DNA from: Geosiphon pyriformis uo1
Lineage: Eukaryota > Fungi > Glomeromycota
Assembly: GCA_016748015.1 (NCBI GenBank)
Contig: JAAOMT010000375.1
Span: 115,493-179,492, forward strand
Length of the DNA stretch: 64,000 nucleotides
Reading direction: 5' to 3'
Under the pieces are notes generated by a model. The model saw only the letters and a program-made list of their open reading frames with translations. It made no database searches and was not told the DNA's origin. Shown here one piece after another: positions 28,300-41,300 of the stretch (the first letter of the stretch is position 1; each line of letters starts with the position of its first letter). The position numbers were made by a program, and so were the translations under genes.

Positions 28300-28350
28300 G
28301 TGCACTTTCAAAGGGTAAAAGTACAAGCCAACCAGAAAAAAACTCTTTTT
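28287..28350 (+). promoter_or_regulatory. -1 ribosomal frameshift signal (T TTA AAC plus stem-loop/pseudoknot). Also at 37648, 61502 and 55351(-)
   Basis: An X XXY YYZ heptamer is in gag phase two codons before the stop. The -1 frame is open into the MDELAINT pol ORF. Confidence 0.88.
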
Positions 28351-30980
28351 ATGCTTTTAACCTAACTAATAATAATTATAATATGGATGAATTAGCAATC
28401 AACACCTTTGAATCAACCAGAAAAAAGAAAAAAGCCAAGATTGATTTTATTTTGGACCCAAATAAAGCATCCAAATCATCTGCTAATAACAATGAGCCAC
28501 CAAAGGCTAAGGTTTTTAAAAATCTTCCAAAGTTGGAACCCCCAAAAATTGTACAAAAATCTGAACTCTATTCTGTTGTTAAAGATTTCATAGAAACCCC
28601 AGCACACATTACATTTGGCCAATTGATGACCCATCCACAATTCAGAAAAGATCTTCGCAAATCTCTGATTCCAAAGAAAAAGACACCCAAAACCAACAAA
28701 CGCCCTCGCCAAGCTGGACTTGCTGACAATAGCAATGTTACTCCTCTAATTTGTAAAGCCCAAGTGGCTGGCTACTTCATCGATTTGATCCTAAACAGTA
28801 GATCATCTGTTAGTGTTATTGCCAAACACTTTCTTGAAGGAATTGGCAAAAAAATTAATGAACCATTCACACAACCAATGACCAATGTACATGGTAATAA
28901 GAAGAAAGGGCTTGGCATAGCCAAAGCTATTCCTGTCCGCATCAATGGCATCAGCATTTAAACTGATATAGAAGTATCTGAAGTGAAAAAATACATCATT
29001 ATTGTTGGCAATAAATGGCTCAAGAAAGCAAAAGCTTTGCTTGATTATAAACTCTGTGAACTAACCATCAGATGTGGTGAGAAACCCATTGTGGTTAAGT
29101 GTCGCCATTGGACAACTCTCCCAGTACCCAAACAGAGCCCAGAAGAAAATGAATCAGACGAATCAGATGATGAAAAAAGTGAGAAAGAAGAAGAACAAGA
29201 AGAACAAAAAGAAACTACTGAACTCGTCTATACCATCTTTACCAGCAATGGCAAACCATTGGATAATGTCAAGGCAGATAAAGAAGAAATCATTGTCAAT
29301 GGCAAGCTGATTTGCTGGCCTTATTATGACATGCTCAGAAGAATCTTTGACAGAAAGCCAGGCAAGAAAGCCAAATACAGTTATTGGTGGCATGGTCTTT
29401 GTGCCCAGTGCTGGTGCGACAAACCATTGTATTCTCCTAGTGATGAATGCATGTCCTGCCTGATCTATTACAAAGATTGGGAACCAATCAGCTTGATACC
29501 CTGTGAGGAAATAAAAGAAGTCCAAAAGTTTTTTGAAAATGAACCACCTGAAATCCAATCACTGGTTGTAGAACAAAGAGAACCCTCTCCAGAAGAAAGA
29601 AAGATAGACATTGAAAACCTGCTGGCTAGAAACAGCCCAGTTGTCTCAAAAGAAGATGAACCTTCTGGACATACACATGTGATACAACACATCATCATTA
29701 CCAGAGAAACTTGTCCCATTCATTTGAAGCCCTATTAATCCAACTGGCACAATGATAAGTTTATCAAAAAAGAAATAACCCGAATGAAAACCCTTGGATT
29801 CATACAAAAAACCAAGAGTGAATGGACATTCGCAGTTGTAGTGGTATCCAAGAAAGGAGAAACCCTACACTTTTGTGTTGACTATTATCAATTAAATGCC
29901 ATTACTGAAAGAGACATGTACCTATTTTCCAAGATTGATGCAATGCTAGACCAATTCCATGGTGCTGCTTTCTTCTCAACCATTGACTTAACTGCTGGAT
30001 TCTGGCAAGTAGAGATGGATCCAGAAAGCAAAAAGAAAACTGCCTTCATCACCAAGTATGGCACCTATGAATTCACAGTCATGCCTTTTGGTTTCACAAA
30101 TGCTCCTCCTACCTTTCAACACTTAATAGACAAAGTATTTGAATCAGTAAAAAAAAGCTTTGTTCTAGTCTACTTGGACGACATAATGATATACTCAAAA
30201 ACCTGGAATAAACACCTTGAACATTTGCAAAAGATTTTTGACCTCCTTAGAAATGTTGGCCTCAAGATCAATCCAATCAAATCATTTTTTAGACGTCAAT
30301 CCACCCAGTTTCTTGGCCATCTTATTATAAAAGATAGAATCTTCCCTAATCCAGCCAAAATTGAAAAAGTTCAAAACATTAAACAACCAATGAATGTTCA
30401 TGAACTACGCTCTTTTCTTGGTTTGGCCTCTTATTACCGCAAGTTTGTCAAGGATTTCTCCAAAATTGCTGCTCTTCTTAATCAGCTACTTAGGAAAAAC
30501 ATCAATTATCACTGGGGCACTCATCAACAAAAAGCATTTGAAATTCTGAAGGAAAAACTGGTTACAGAACCCATCCTCATGCAACTTAATCTGGATCAAC
30601 TTTTTATCTTCCATACTGATACATCTGGCTATGGACTTGGTGCTGTTCTTTCCCAGAAAGACAAAGATAGCAGAGAACATGCCGTAGCATATGCCAGTAG
30701 AACTTTTACACTAGCAGAAAGGAACTACTTAGTCACAGAGCAAGAATGCTTAGCAGTAGTTTGGGCTACCAGCTACTGGAACAAATATCTTAAATGTGTA
30801 AAATTTTTGGTGGTAACAGATCATCAAGCTTTAGTTTGGCTATGCAACAAAAAAAACCTGGAACATAAATGGATAATTCGCTGAATACTCCACTTGGATG
30901 AATTCGACTATGACATTCAACACCACAAAAGAGCTAATCATCAAAATGCTAATGCTCTCTTCAGACTTACCATTCAGTGA
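28287..30980 (+). pseudogene. pol of copy B: protease, Cys-rich linker, RT, RNase H (no integrase)
   Basis: LIL[D/N]S[G/R]SSVS protease site, MPFG, YLDD, TD[A/T]SGYGLGAVL, TDH. Ends ALFRLTIQ*. Confidence 0.92.
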
Positions 30981-31045
30981 TAGTAAAACTCTCTCAAACC
31001 AAACCAACTTAATTATTTGTAACTCCCCCACAAACAAACACGATA

Positions 31046-32359
31046 ATAGACTTGGACAACTACTCTGCCTTAATGGAATTTTTGGGTAAAGGACAATACC
31101 CGCCAGACTATACTCGACAGCAAAGAGAACATTTGTGCAAACAATCAAATTTCTATTTGATTTGCCAGAACCAGTTATATAAAAGAAATAAAAAAGATCC
31201 TGACCACCCCCAAAGAGTTATTAGATTTGAAGAAAGAGAAATTGTGATCTACAATATGTACACTGATTCATTAGCTGAACACTTTGGAAAAACAAAAACA
31301 ATTCAGAAAACTTTAGCTCACTATTATTGGTCTACCTTGGGAAAAAACATTGCTGAATACATCAAAACCTGTAATACTTGCCAAAGAAGAGAAAAACCCA
31401 ATCGCAAGGAAAATATTCATCCAATCTCTTTTGGTCAACCATTTAACAGAATTGGTATAGATGTTGTTGGACTTTTAACAGTAACTCCTGATGGCAACAG
31501 ATATATTATCACAGCTACTGACTATCTTACAAAGTGGGTAGAAGCAAGAGCCACTCCAGATCAAACAGCAGTCTCAATTGCCAATTTCATTTATGAAGAT
31601 ATCATTTGTTGCCATGGCTGCCCCAAAGAACTTTTATCTGACAGAGAAAGAGCTTTTCTTAGTACACTGGTTGAAGAACTTTGCAGAAAAATGGGAATAC
31701 ATCATAAACTCTCTTCCTCTTATCACCCCCAAACAAATGGCCTAGTAGAACGTTTCAATAGAACACTATGTGAAACCCTAGCCAAAACCAGTAAAGAAAC
31801 CAACCTATGGGACAAAGTATTGCCTTCAGCTTTGTTCACCTACAGAACTGTGAATCATGACATAACAAGTTATGAACCTTTTTATCTGCTCTATAGATGA
31901 ATAGCAATTCTACCAATAGAAACAGATATAGAAACAATACTTTTTGAAAAAATAACAATAGGAGATTACAAAGACATTTTGCAAAGAAGACTTAGTACTA
32001 TTCTTGATTCATTGGTAGAAGCATAGATAATTGCCTTTGAAAAGATAAAACAGTTCCAAGAGAAGCTCAAAAAGAAAAAGACCTATAAAACACTTTTCTT
32101 AAGTGTTGGTGACTTATTTTTGGAATACCGTTCAGACAGAGACAATGTCTATGATGATAAATTCTCCAGCCGCTGGAAAAAACCTTTTATAGTCAACAAA
32201 GTTTTGAACAATGGTTCATATATCCTACAAGATCAATATAGAACAATATTCAGTGATTGCCCTGTTCATGGCACGCAACTCAAGAAATATCACAAACGAC
32301 CTGATTGGTTACTTGTTGTGGTAATACCAACCCAAATGATCAGCAAAAATCAAAGATAA
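31046..32359 (+). pseudogene. Stand-alone DDE integrase ORF of copy B (437 codons)
   Basis: HFG...CNTCQ zinc-binding motif, IGIDVVG, LSD, HPQTNGLVERFN and a GPF-like WKKPF. One internal TGA at 31898. The start is ATA here but ATG in copy F (50304-50306). Confidence 0.9.
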
Positions 32360-32400
32360 ATAAATGCACCATTCCCAAAACAGAAGTATCTTCAATCGAC

Positions 32401-33090
32401 ATGAACAATTATTTCCTGGATCAAAACATTCAAAACGCTTTCTATACTCTCCATGAGTACTGGATCAAGAACTATTCAAATGCTACTCTGACTATTGGAA
32501 AACAAACCACCATAACAGACAACAGTAGAACTTACACTGTTATTAGACCAAAGAAAACAACTACCAGAAGAGAAAAAATTGGTGGCAAAATGGATAAATA
32601 CCTGCTAGAAAGCATAACAGCAGTTATACTTTCACCTTCCAGCACAATTGAAAAAATGATACAAGAAATCTTGCCCATAGACAAAAACTTGTCATATGGA
32701 AGACAACTAGAACTCTATGGTCATCTTGGTAAAATCATAGAAGACATGAAGCTCATGAAGAAAACAACTTCAAAGATACAAAAGAAAATTTTGGGCATTA
32801 TATGATTGGATGTCCCAAGAGTTTTGACCATTGCTAAAAGAGCCAGAACTCTTATACAAAGATTTGGTTTCTTAGATACAAAACTTATTTCACCTTAAGT
32901 ATTATATACCCTATTCACAAAAGACTTCAACAAACTAGTTAGTTTTGAGTTAGACAAAACTCTTTACATAGACTATCCTATAAATAGCTTGATTTCGCCA
33001 GAGCTCAATCTCTTTGGAGAGGATGATGTTATGGTTGAAACCCATAGTTTTTATTAGTTATCACATGTATTAGCCACTAATGTTATATAA
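32401..33090 (+). pseudogene. ORF4, unknown ~229-aa accessory protein overlapping the PPT and 3' LTR
   Basis: MNNYFLDQ...PELNLFGEDDVMVET in one frame. It has the same length in copy C (41761-42450), and stops differ between copies. Confidence 0.72.
33016..33026 (+). promoter_or_regulatory. Polypurine tract GGAGAGGATGA
   Basis: Immediately precedes the 3' LTR. Equivalents at 42376-42386, 45530-45540 and 48391-48401(-). Confidence 0.8.
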
Positions 33091-33693
33091 TTAGCCACCC
33101 TATTTTTAGATAGTGATTGTTGACCTGATCAATGACCTGACTGTTAACCTGATTATTGACCTGGTCATTGACCACTTTAGATAGTTATATAAGTGATAAT
33201 TCCCTTAGCTGTAGAAAAACATAATCAAAGTAACAAAATAAAACAATATCAATTACTTCCTCTCATAATTGCTTACTCCCCTTTCCTTACCTTCAAGTAT
33301 CTACTTGTTGGCATTCACATACCTTATCTTTTCCTCTTTTTGATTTGTATTTGTTAGAATTAGCCTGAAAAGCAATTGGCTTGCTCTTGTAATTCATTGA
33401 ATAAAGAAACAATTGAAAAGCACAACAATATCTGTTATTGATTCTAAGAATTGCCAAGTTGAGGCATAGAATAATAGCAGCAGTGTTATCTTGTTGACAA
33501 TCACGGACTATTCCTCTACCTTCAGATTTAAGAAAAGATTAGCAACTGTGATTTTTATGAGACTGATCACACACATTGAATTCTTACTTATTTAATTTGC
33601 TCCCTTATTGTAATTCCTTCTTTGTTTATTTCCATCACCATACAATACTGTTCTCCTTTGCTATCCATTAGCTTGTTACTCTAACCCATAACA
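33027..33693 (+). repeat. 3' LTR of copy B (4 x 12-bp units)
   Basis: Direct repeat of the 5' LTR, 48 bp shorter. Confidence 0.95.
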
Positions 33694-33750
33694 ATATTAT
33701 TTTTTTCTCAATCATTAATTTAACTACTAGATTTTGGCAAGTAAAAATGG

Positions 33751-34870
33751 ATTCCCAAATTCTTAACACTTTATTACTACAATAAAGCAGTGTACAAGAG
33801 AAGTTGAGACTTAAAAAAGAACTGGAAATATCAACAGATAATTTATTAGTAAAAGCTGGTTTTAAAGATGCTAAAAAAACAGTCATCTTTGTAATATATA
33901 TATTAGAAGCCAACTTTGGTATAGCAATAGATAAAACACTATTATTAACAAAAACTGAAACAAAAGCTGTATTGTTGGCTTTAAAAGCAGTATCTTACAA
34001 ATGTAAACTAATATTAAACACAGATAGTTAGACAATAATGTTAACAGTTCAAAAATAATTGGCCAAAAACTTTCTTTTGTTTATTAGAAAACAGCTTAAA
34101 ACTCTTAATTAGCATATATAAAATGCAATCAAAGCAGCAATAAGTGAAAAAAAAATTAATCTTACTATAAACAAAGTAGCTGCTTATGTTAGAATATCTG
34201 AAAATAAAAAGGCTAACAAACTAGCCAAAGAAGTTATTGTTTTTGATACAATAAAATAGATCTATAATGCTAAGAATATCTGTTACATTCTCTTTTATAG
34301 AAAAGTGGAAATGAATTTAAATATTAGACACTTTTTAAGCCAACAGACTGGGCTTCAAACAGCTTTGAATTAGATAAACAATAGCAAAATCCAAGAGACA
34401 CTAAGATTTTTAAACCAAGAGATAGATTGGAAGTACACAACCAAAGTTTAGAACTGAAATAGAAAAATATTATTAAGCTTTACTTCAGCTGAATTTTCAG
34501 CAATGTGTATATTTATTATAAAATTATTTTACAATATGCTGCCAACAACAAAAGTAATATACAACTGAACAACTTTTACAAAATATGTCACATAAAAGTC
34601 AAAACCAACCAGCACTTTTAAAAATGCTTTCTGAATACTTAAGAGGGCAAAAAACTAATAAATAATGTTAGAAATAAAAAAATGTGGTGTTTATTAAAAG
34701 CTGTAAAAAGAAAACATAAAACCTTAAATTCTGGAAAAAAAACTAATCTGTTTAATAAGTATATTATATTAACATCCAACATAGATCTGTTATGCAGAAG
34801 ATTGATTAATAAACAATTTAGAAGAATTAATGCTTTTGCTAACATTAATTAAAATATTAACAATAATATA
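33751..34870 (+). mobile_element. LINE-B ORF2 fragment (RNase H and zinc-finger region)
   Basis: ISTD...TKTETKAVLLAL...NTDS. Colinear with 43570-44685. Confidence 0.8.
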
Positions 34871-35205
34871 TTTTTTTTGTTAATGTGTAGCCATGCTGAT
34901 TATTTATTAGTTATGTCCACAAAATTGTGGTATTTTTATAAAGCCAGCTTACCCAATAATACAAAAATTACAAGATGTAATTAATCACAAGCAGAAAGCC
35001 CTAACTACATATTAATACTACTTTTATTACCTAATGTATTAAACAAATCTAATTTATACATCTTACTCATAATACTAACAAGCTCATAACTATTTTTAAC
35101 AAGACTTAGCAGTCTAATCAAAATCCAATTTAATACTAAAAGGCTGATTTTCTCATAAATTCATCATAAGATCAAAGGTGTTATCATAAACAGAATAATC
35201 TTTAA

Positions 35206-35238
<33 letters not shown>

Positions 35239-35317
35239 TGTCATTATCATCATCTAATACTTTTTTCAAGCAAATCTATTTACACTTCTTTTTAAAGTTT
35301 GTTATTCTTTTTTGTAT
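34871..35317 (-). mobile_element. 3' fragment of the ORF1-only (half-LINE) element
   Basis: Poly(T) at 34871-34878, the shared 3' UTR and the ORF C-terminus match 50600-51060. Confidence 0.85.
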
Positions 35318-38300
35318 TGTTATAGTTAAAACTTATACTTCTTATTAATTATCACATATATTAGCCATTGATGTCACATAAATTAGCCACTCTATTTTTA
35401 GAAAGTAATCATTGATCTGATCAATAACCTGACCATTAACTTGATCATTGATCTGATCATTGACCTGATCAATGACCTAATTATTGATCTGATTATTGAT
35501 CTAGTCGTTGATTTGATTATTGACTACTTTTAACAGCTATATAAGTGATAAATCTCTTAGCTGTAGAAAAGCATGTAAAAATTAAAGAAATAAAGAAATA
35601 AAATAACAACTTTATCTCAATCCTTCTCTTATTGCTAATTTTTTTTTCCCTACCTTCAAGTATCTGAACATCTTAAAGATAAAAAACTACTTGTTGGCAT
35701 TTACCTATTCTTTTCCTGAAACATGTAATTGCAGCATTTGAAGACTATTGAATAAAATGTGACTGAAGAATATATTTGATATCTGATATTGAATTCTAAG
35801 AGCACTGACATGAGGCATAGAATTATACCAGATGTGATCAATTATTAACAGTACAGACTATCCCTCTACCTTCAAATTCTCTGGCTATCTTTGAAAAGTA
35901 TAATAACTGAGATATTTTATAAGACTGATCTTGCATATTAAATCCATACTTATTTAATTCACTCTTTGAAGTTGAATTCCCTTTGATTATTTCCATCACC
36001 CTACAATCCTGTTTTCTCTTGCTATTTGTTAGCTTGTTACTCCAACCTGTAACATAAAAGTGGTGCTCCCTGTGAGGTTGTCAAAATCCACTTTGTTTTC
36101 TATTGTATGGGTGATTATTTATATCTGCCATAATAATAAGAAGAACACTTTAGAGCACACAACAAAAATGATCTAGATTTTATTGAATTTAATCCTTTGC
36201 TCTTCTGCTTGATTTGCTTCCTCATTGAAAAACAATCCAGTAGACAATTCCAAGACTTTTGAAACTGGTTTCTGAATGAGCATTCAGCTAAAACCTACAC
36301 AGCTTATACAATCTATTACTTTGACCAAGCTTATTTTAAAGATGACTTTGAAGAAAGAAACAACAATATTAATTAGCTCTTATATTTTGCAATCTTTAAA
36401 CAACAGCCTCCTGATTTCGAATATCTGAATCATCAAATCCACATTTGGATTGCTGCCCATCAATTAACAGAAACTTCTCTTGAAACAGAAGAAGAAAGCT
36501 ATCAAATCGCTCTTGTTTTTGATCTCTTTTCAAGTGAATCAGAACACTCCACACAAACAGTTATATCTGAACCAATGGCTCAAGACCCTTTACAACAAAA
36601 CATTCTGATTGTCCTCCAAGATATACAAACTGCTTTAGGGCGAAAAAACAACAACCCATTACCATTATTCAGAGGTAATGCCCAAGATTCAATTGAATAA
36701 CTGAATGATTTTGAGAGAGTTGCCACAGCAAACCAATATGATAATAAATACAAATTCTAAATCGTTGGTGGCTATTTCCAAGACTCTTCTGCTACATGGT
36801 TCTCACAAGAAACCAATGCCAATGCTCAGCAAAGAATCATTAGATGGGCACCAGCAAATACTGGAGAAAACAACACTTTTTTCACTACCTGGTTGGAAAC
36901 AAAATTTAGAACTCCCATCTTAATTTCAAAATGGTGTATGAAATTAGAAAGAAGAACTCAAGGCCCTGGTAAGGTTGTGACAGAATATGCCAAAGCAATA
37001 AGAAAACTTATTAAATGGATAGACTCTGAAAGAAATTAGACAGAAGAGCAGAAAATACATTCTTTCACAAAAGAACTGAAAACTGATCTATCATATGCTC
37101 TTTGGCCTCTCCTGGCTTTAAAAAATAATCTCACAATAAATATGGCCATTGAACTTACTTAGAGAATAGAAGACAATCAAAGAATGCACCTAGGATCCAC
37201 ATTTCCAGTTTTTGCTCCTGCTCTTGTTATGGCTTCTGCTCCCCAAATGGCTACTACTTCTTTTGCTGCCCAAACTCAAGACCCAAATGAACAGTTAATA
37301 AATAGACTTACAACTAATCTTGTCTGGCTATTAGAACCATTAGCCTAAGCAGTCAGAGACAATCAGCAACCCCAAAGACCCAGATTTGAATTCTGCTTCA
37401 ATCAGCTCCAGCAACTATCATATTAAAGACAACAAAATCGTGGCCAACCTGTGTGCTATTATTGTGAACTAACTGGACACTTTTCCAGAAACTGTAACAA
37501 TCTTCTATTGCCTCCTCCAGCTCCCAGAAATAATAACACCCAGAATAACAGACCCAACAATAATAATGTTTCCAATCAAAGATCTAATCATGCCAACATC
37601 AATTTCTTTGGAAAGGATCCCTTAGTTGAAGCTACTGTTTATCAGCCTTTAAACTGGTAGGTGCACTTTCAAAGGGTAAAAGTGCAAGCCAACCAGAAAA
37701 AAACTCTTTTTATGCTTTTAACCTAACTGATAATAATTATAATATGGATGAATTAGCAATCAACACCTTTGAATCAACCAGAAAAAAGAAAAAAGCCAAG
37801 ATTGATTTCATTTTGGATCCAAATAAAGCATCCAAATCATCTGCTGATAACAATGAGCCACCAAAGGCTAAGGTTTTTAAAAATCTTCCAAAGTTGGAAC
37901 CCCCAAAAATTGTACAAAAATCTGGACTCTATTCTGTTGTTAAAAATTTCATAGAAACCCCAGCACACATTACATTTGGCCAATTAATGACCCATCCACA
38001 GTTCAGAAAAGATCTTCGCAAATTATTGATACCAAAGAAGAAGACACCAAAAACCAACAAACATCCTCACCAAGCTGGACTTGTTGATAACAGCAATGTC
38101 ACCCCTCTAATTTGTAAAGCCCAAGTGGCTGGTTACTTCATTGATCTGATCCTAAACAGTGGATCATCTGTTAGTGTAATTGCCAAACATTTTCTTGAAG
38201 CAATTGGCAGAAAAATTGATGAGCCTTCCACAAGACCAATGACCAATGTATATGGTGACAAGAAGAAAGACTTGGGCATAGCCAAAGCTATTTCTGTCCA

Positions 38301-41300
38301 CATCAATAGTATTAGCATTGAAACTGATATGAAAGTATCTAAAGCAAAAGAGTACACTATTATTGTTGGTAATGAATGGCTTAAGAAAGCCAAAGCACTA
38401 CTTGACTATGAACTTTGTGAGCTAATCATCAAATATAGTAAAAAACCTATTGTGGTTAAATGCTGTTATTGGACAACTTTTCCAGTAACCAAACAGAACC
38501 AAGAAGAAAAACAATCAGATGAATCAGATAATAATGAGAGCAATGATAAAGAAGATCAAGAAAAACTAAAAGAAACTGCTGAACTCACTTATACTATCTT
38601 CACTAGCAATGACAAGTCACTAAATAATGTTAAAGCTAACAAAAAAAGAATCATAATAAATGGCAAGCTAATCTGCTGGCCCTACTATAATATTCTCAGA
38701 AGAATCTTTGACAGAAAACCTAGCAAGAAAGCAAAATACAGTTATTGGTGGCATGGTTTTTGTGCACAGTGCTGGTGTAATAAATTTTTGTATTCACCAA
38801 GTGATGAATGCAAATTCTGCCTAATCTATTACAAAGATTGGGAACCAATTAGCTTAATACCTCAAGAAAAACTTAAAGAAGTACAAAAGTCTTTTGAGAA
38901 TAAACCATCTGAAATCCAATTACTAGTTGTAGAACAAAGAGAACTTTTTTCTAAAGAAAGAAAAATAGACATTGAAAATTTGTTGGCTAGAAATAGCCCA
39001 GTTATCTCAAATGAAAGTGATACTTCCAGACAAACCCATGTGATACAACATACTATTACCACCAAAAAAACTCACTCCATTCATTTAAAGTCTTATCAAT
39101 CCAATTGACATAATAATGAGTTTATTAAGAAAGAGATAAACTGGATAAAAGATCTTGAATTCATACAAGAAACTAAGAGTAAATGGGCTTTCCCAGTTGT
39201 AGTAGTATTCAAGAAAAGTGGAACTCTACACTTCTGTGTTGACTATTACCAACTAAATGCCATCACTATAAGAAACATATACTTACTTCCCAAAATTGAT
39301 GCAATGCTAGATAAATTCAATAGTGCTGCTTTCTTTTCAACTATTGACTTAACTGCTGGATTCTGGCAAGTAGAGATAGATCCAGAAAGCAGAAAAAAAA
39401 CTGCCTTCATCACCAAGTATGGCACCTATGAATTTACTGTCATGTCTTTTGGTTTCACCAATGCTCCTCCCACCTTTCAACACTTGATGGACAAAGTATT
39501 TGAATCAGTAAAAGAAAACTTTGTTCTGGTCTACTTAAACGACATAATGGTCTACTCAAAAACTTGGAATGAACACCTTGAATATTTACAGAAGGTTTTT
39601 GACCTGTTCAGAAATGCTGGCCTCAAGATAAACCCAATCAAATTTTTCTTTGGACACCAATTCACCCAGTTCTTTGGTCATCTTGTTACAAAAGATGGAA
39701 TCTTCCCTAACCCAGCTAAAGTTGAAAAAGTTCAGAACATTAGACAATCAATAAATGTTCCTAAATTACACTCTTTCCTTGGTTTGGCCTCTTACTATTA
39801 CAAATTTATTAAGGATTTCTCCAAAATCGCCTTTCCTCTCAATCAGCTACTCAGGAAAAATGTCAATTATCACTGGAGCACTCATCAACAAAAAGCTTTT
39901 GAATTTCTGAAAGAAAAACTTGTTACAGAACCAATTCTCAAACAACCTGATCTGGACCAATCTTTTATCCTCCACACTGATGCATCTGGTTATGAACTTG
40001 GTGCTGTCCTTTTACAGAAAGATGAAAATGGCAGAGAATATGTTATAGCATATACCAGTAGATCCTTTATACCAGCAGAAAAAAACTATTCAGTTACTGA
40101 ACAAAAATGTTTAGCAGTAGTTTGGACTATCAACTACTGGAATCAATATCTTTTTGGTGTAAAATTCTTAGTGGTAACAGATCATTAAGCCTTGGTTTGG
40201 CTGTGCAAGAAAAAAAAGCTGGAACACAAACAAATAACTTACTGGATACTCCACTTGGATGAATTTGACTATGATATTCAACACCACAAAGGAGCAAATC
40301 ATCAAAACACCAATGTTCTATTTAGACTTACCATCCAGTAATAATACAACCTCTCAAACCAAACCAACTTAATTATTAGTAACTTTTTTATAAACAAACA
40401 CAATAATAGACTTGGACAACTACTCTGTCTTAATAGAATTTTTGAATAAAAGACAATACCCACCAAAATACACTTAACAGTAAAGAGAACATTTGCACAA
40501 ACAATCAAATTTCTATTTGATTCACCAGAACCAATTATACAAAAGAAACAGAAAAGATTCTGACCACTCTCAGAGAGTCATCAGATTTGAAGAAAGAGAA
40601 ATTGTAATATACAATATACATACTAACCCATTAGCTAGACACTTTGGAAAAACAAAAACAATTCAGAAAACTTTAGTTCATTATTATTGGCCTACTTTGT
40701 GAAAGAACATTGCTGAATACATCAAAATCTATGACATTTGCCAAAGAAAAAGCAAATCTAATCGCAAAGAAGATATCCATTCAATCTCTGTTGGTTAACC
40801 ATTTGACAGAATTGGTATAGATGTTGTTGGATTTTTAACAATAACTCCTAATAACAACAGATACATTATTATAGCTACTAACTATCTTACAAAGTAAGTA
40901 AAAGCAAGAGCCACTCCAGACTAAACAGTAGTCTCAATAGCCAATTTCATTTATGAAGATATCATCTGCTGTCATAGCTGCTCCAAAGAACTTTTATCTG
41001 ATAAAGAAAGAGCTTTTTTCAGTATACTGGTTGAAGAACTTTGTAGAAAAATGGGAATACATCATAAACTTTCCTCCCCTTATTACCCCCAAACAAATGG
41101 CCTAGTAAAATGTTTTAATAGAACATTATGTAAAACCCTAGCCAAAACCAGTGAAGAAACAAACTTATAGGACAAAGTACTGCCTTTAGCTTTGTTTGCT
41201 TATAGAACTGTGAATTATGACATAACAAGTTATGAACTTTTTTATCTGCTCTATAGATGCATGGCAATACTACTAATAGAAACTGACATTGAAACAATAC

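Larger units (their letters stand above)
25979..33693 (+). mobile_element. Complete Ty3/gypsy-like LTR retrotransposon, copy B (7.7 kb), TSD ATAT
   Basis: LTRs at 25979-26693 and 33027-33693 (TGTTATGG...CATAACA), with PBS, PPT, gag, pol, IN and ORF4. ATAT is on both sides and the host RT sequence is contiguous across the insertion. Confidence 0.96.

Noticed and set aside
30977-31019. Small intron joining RNase H to integrase
   Set aside because: The GT...TTAG candidate lacks AG in copy B. Splicing it gives the wrong frame in C and a stop in F.
26746-33090. Alternative genetic code (TAA/TAG read as Gln, TGA as Trp)
   Set aside because: Internal stops differ between copies and match C>T/G>A changes; SWR1 reads cleanly in the standard code.
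32401-33090. ORF4 as env or chromodomain
   Set aside because: No signal peptide, TM helix or recognisable chromodomain aromatic cage.
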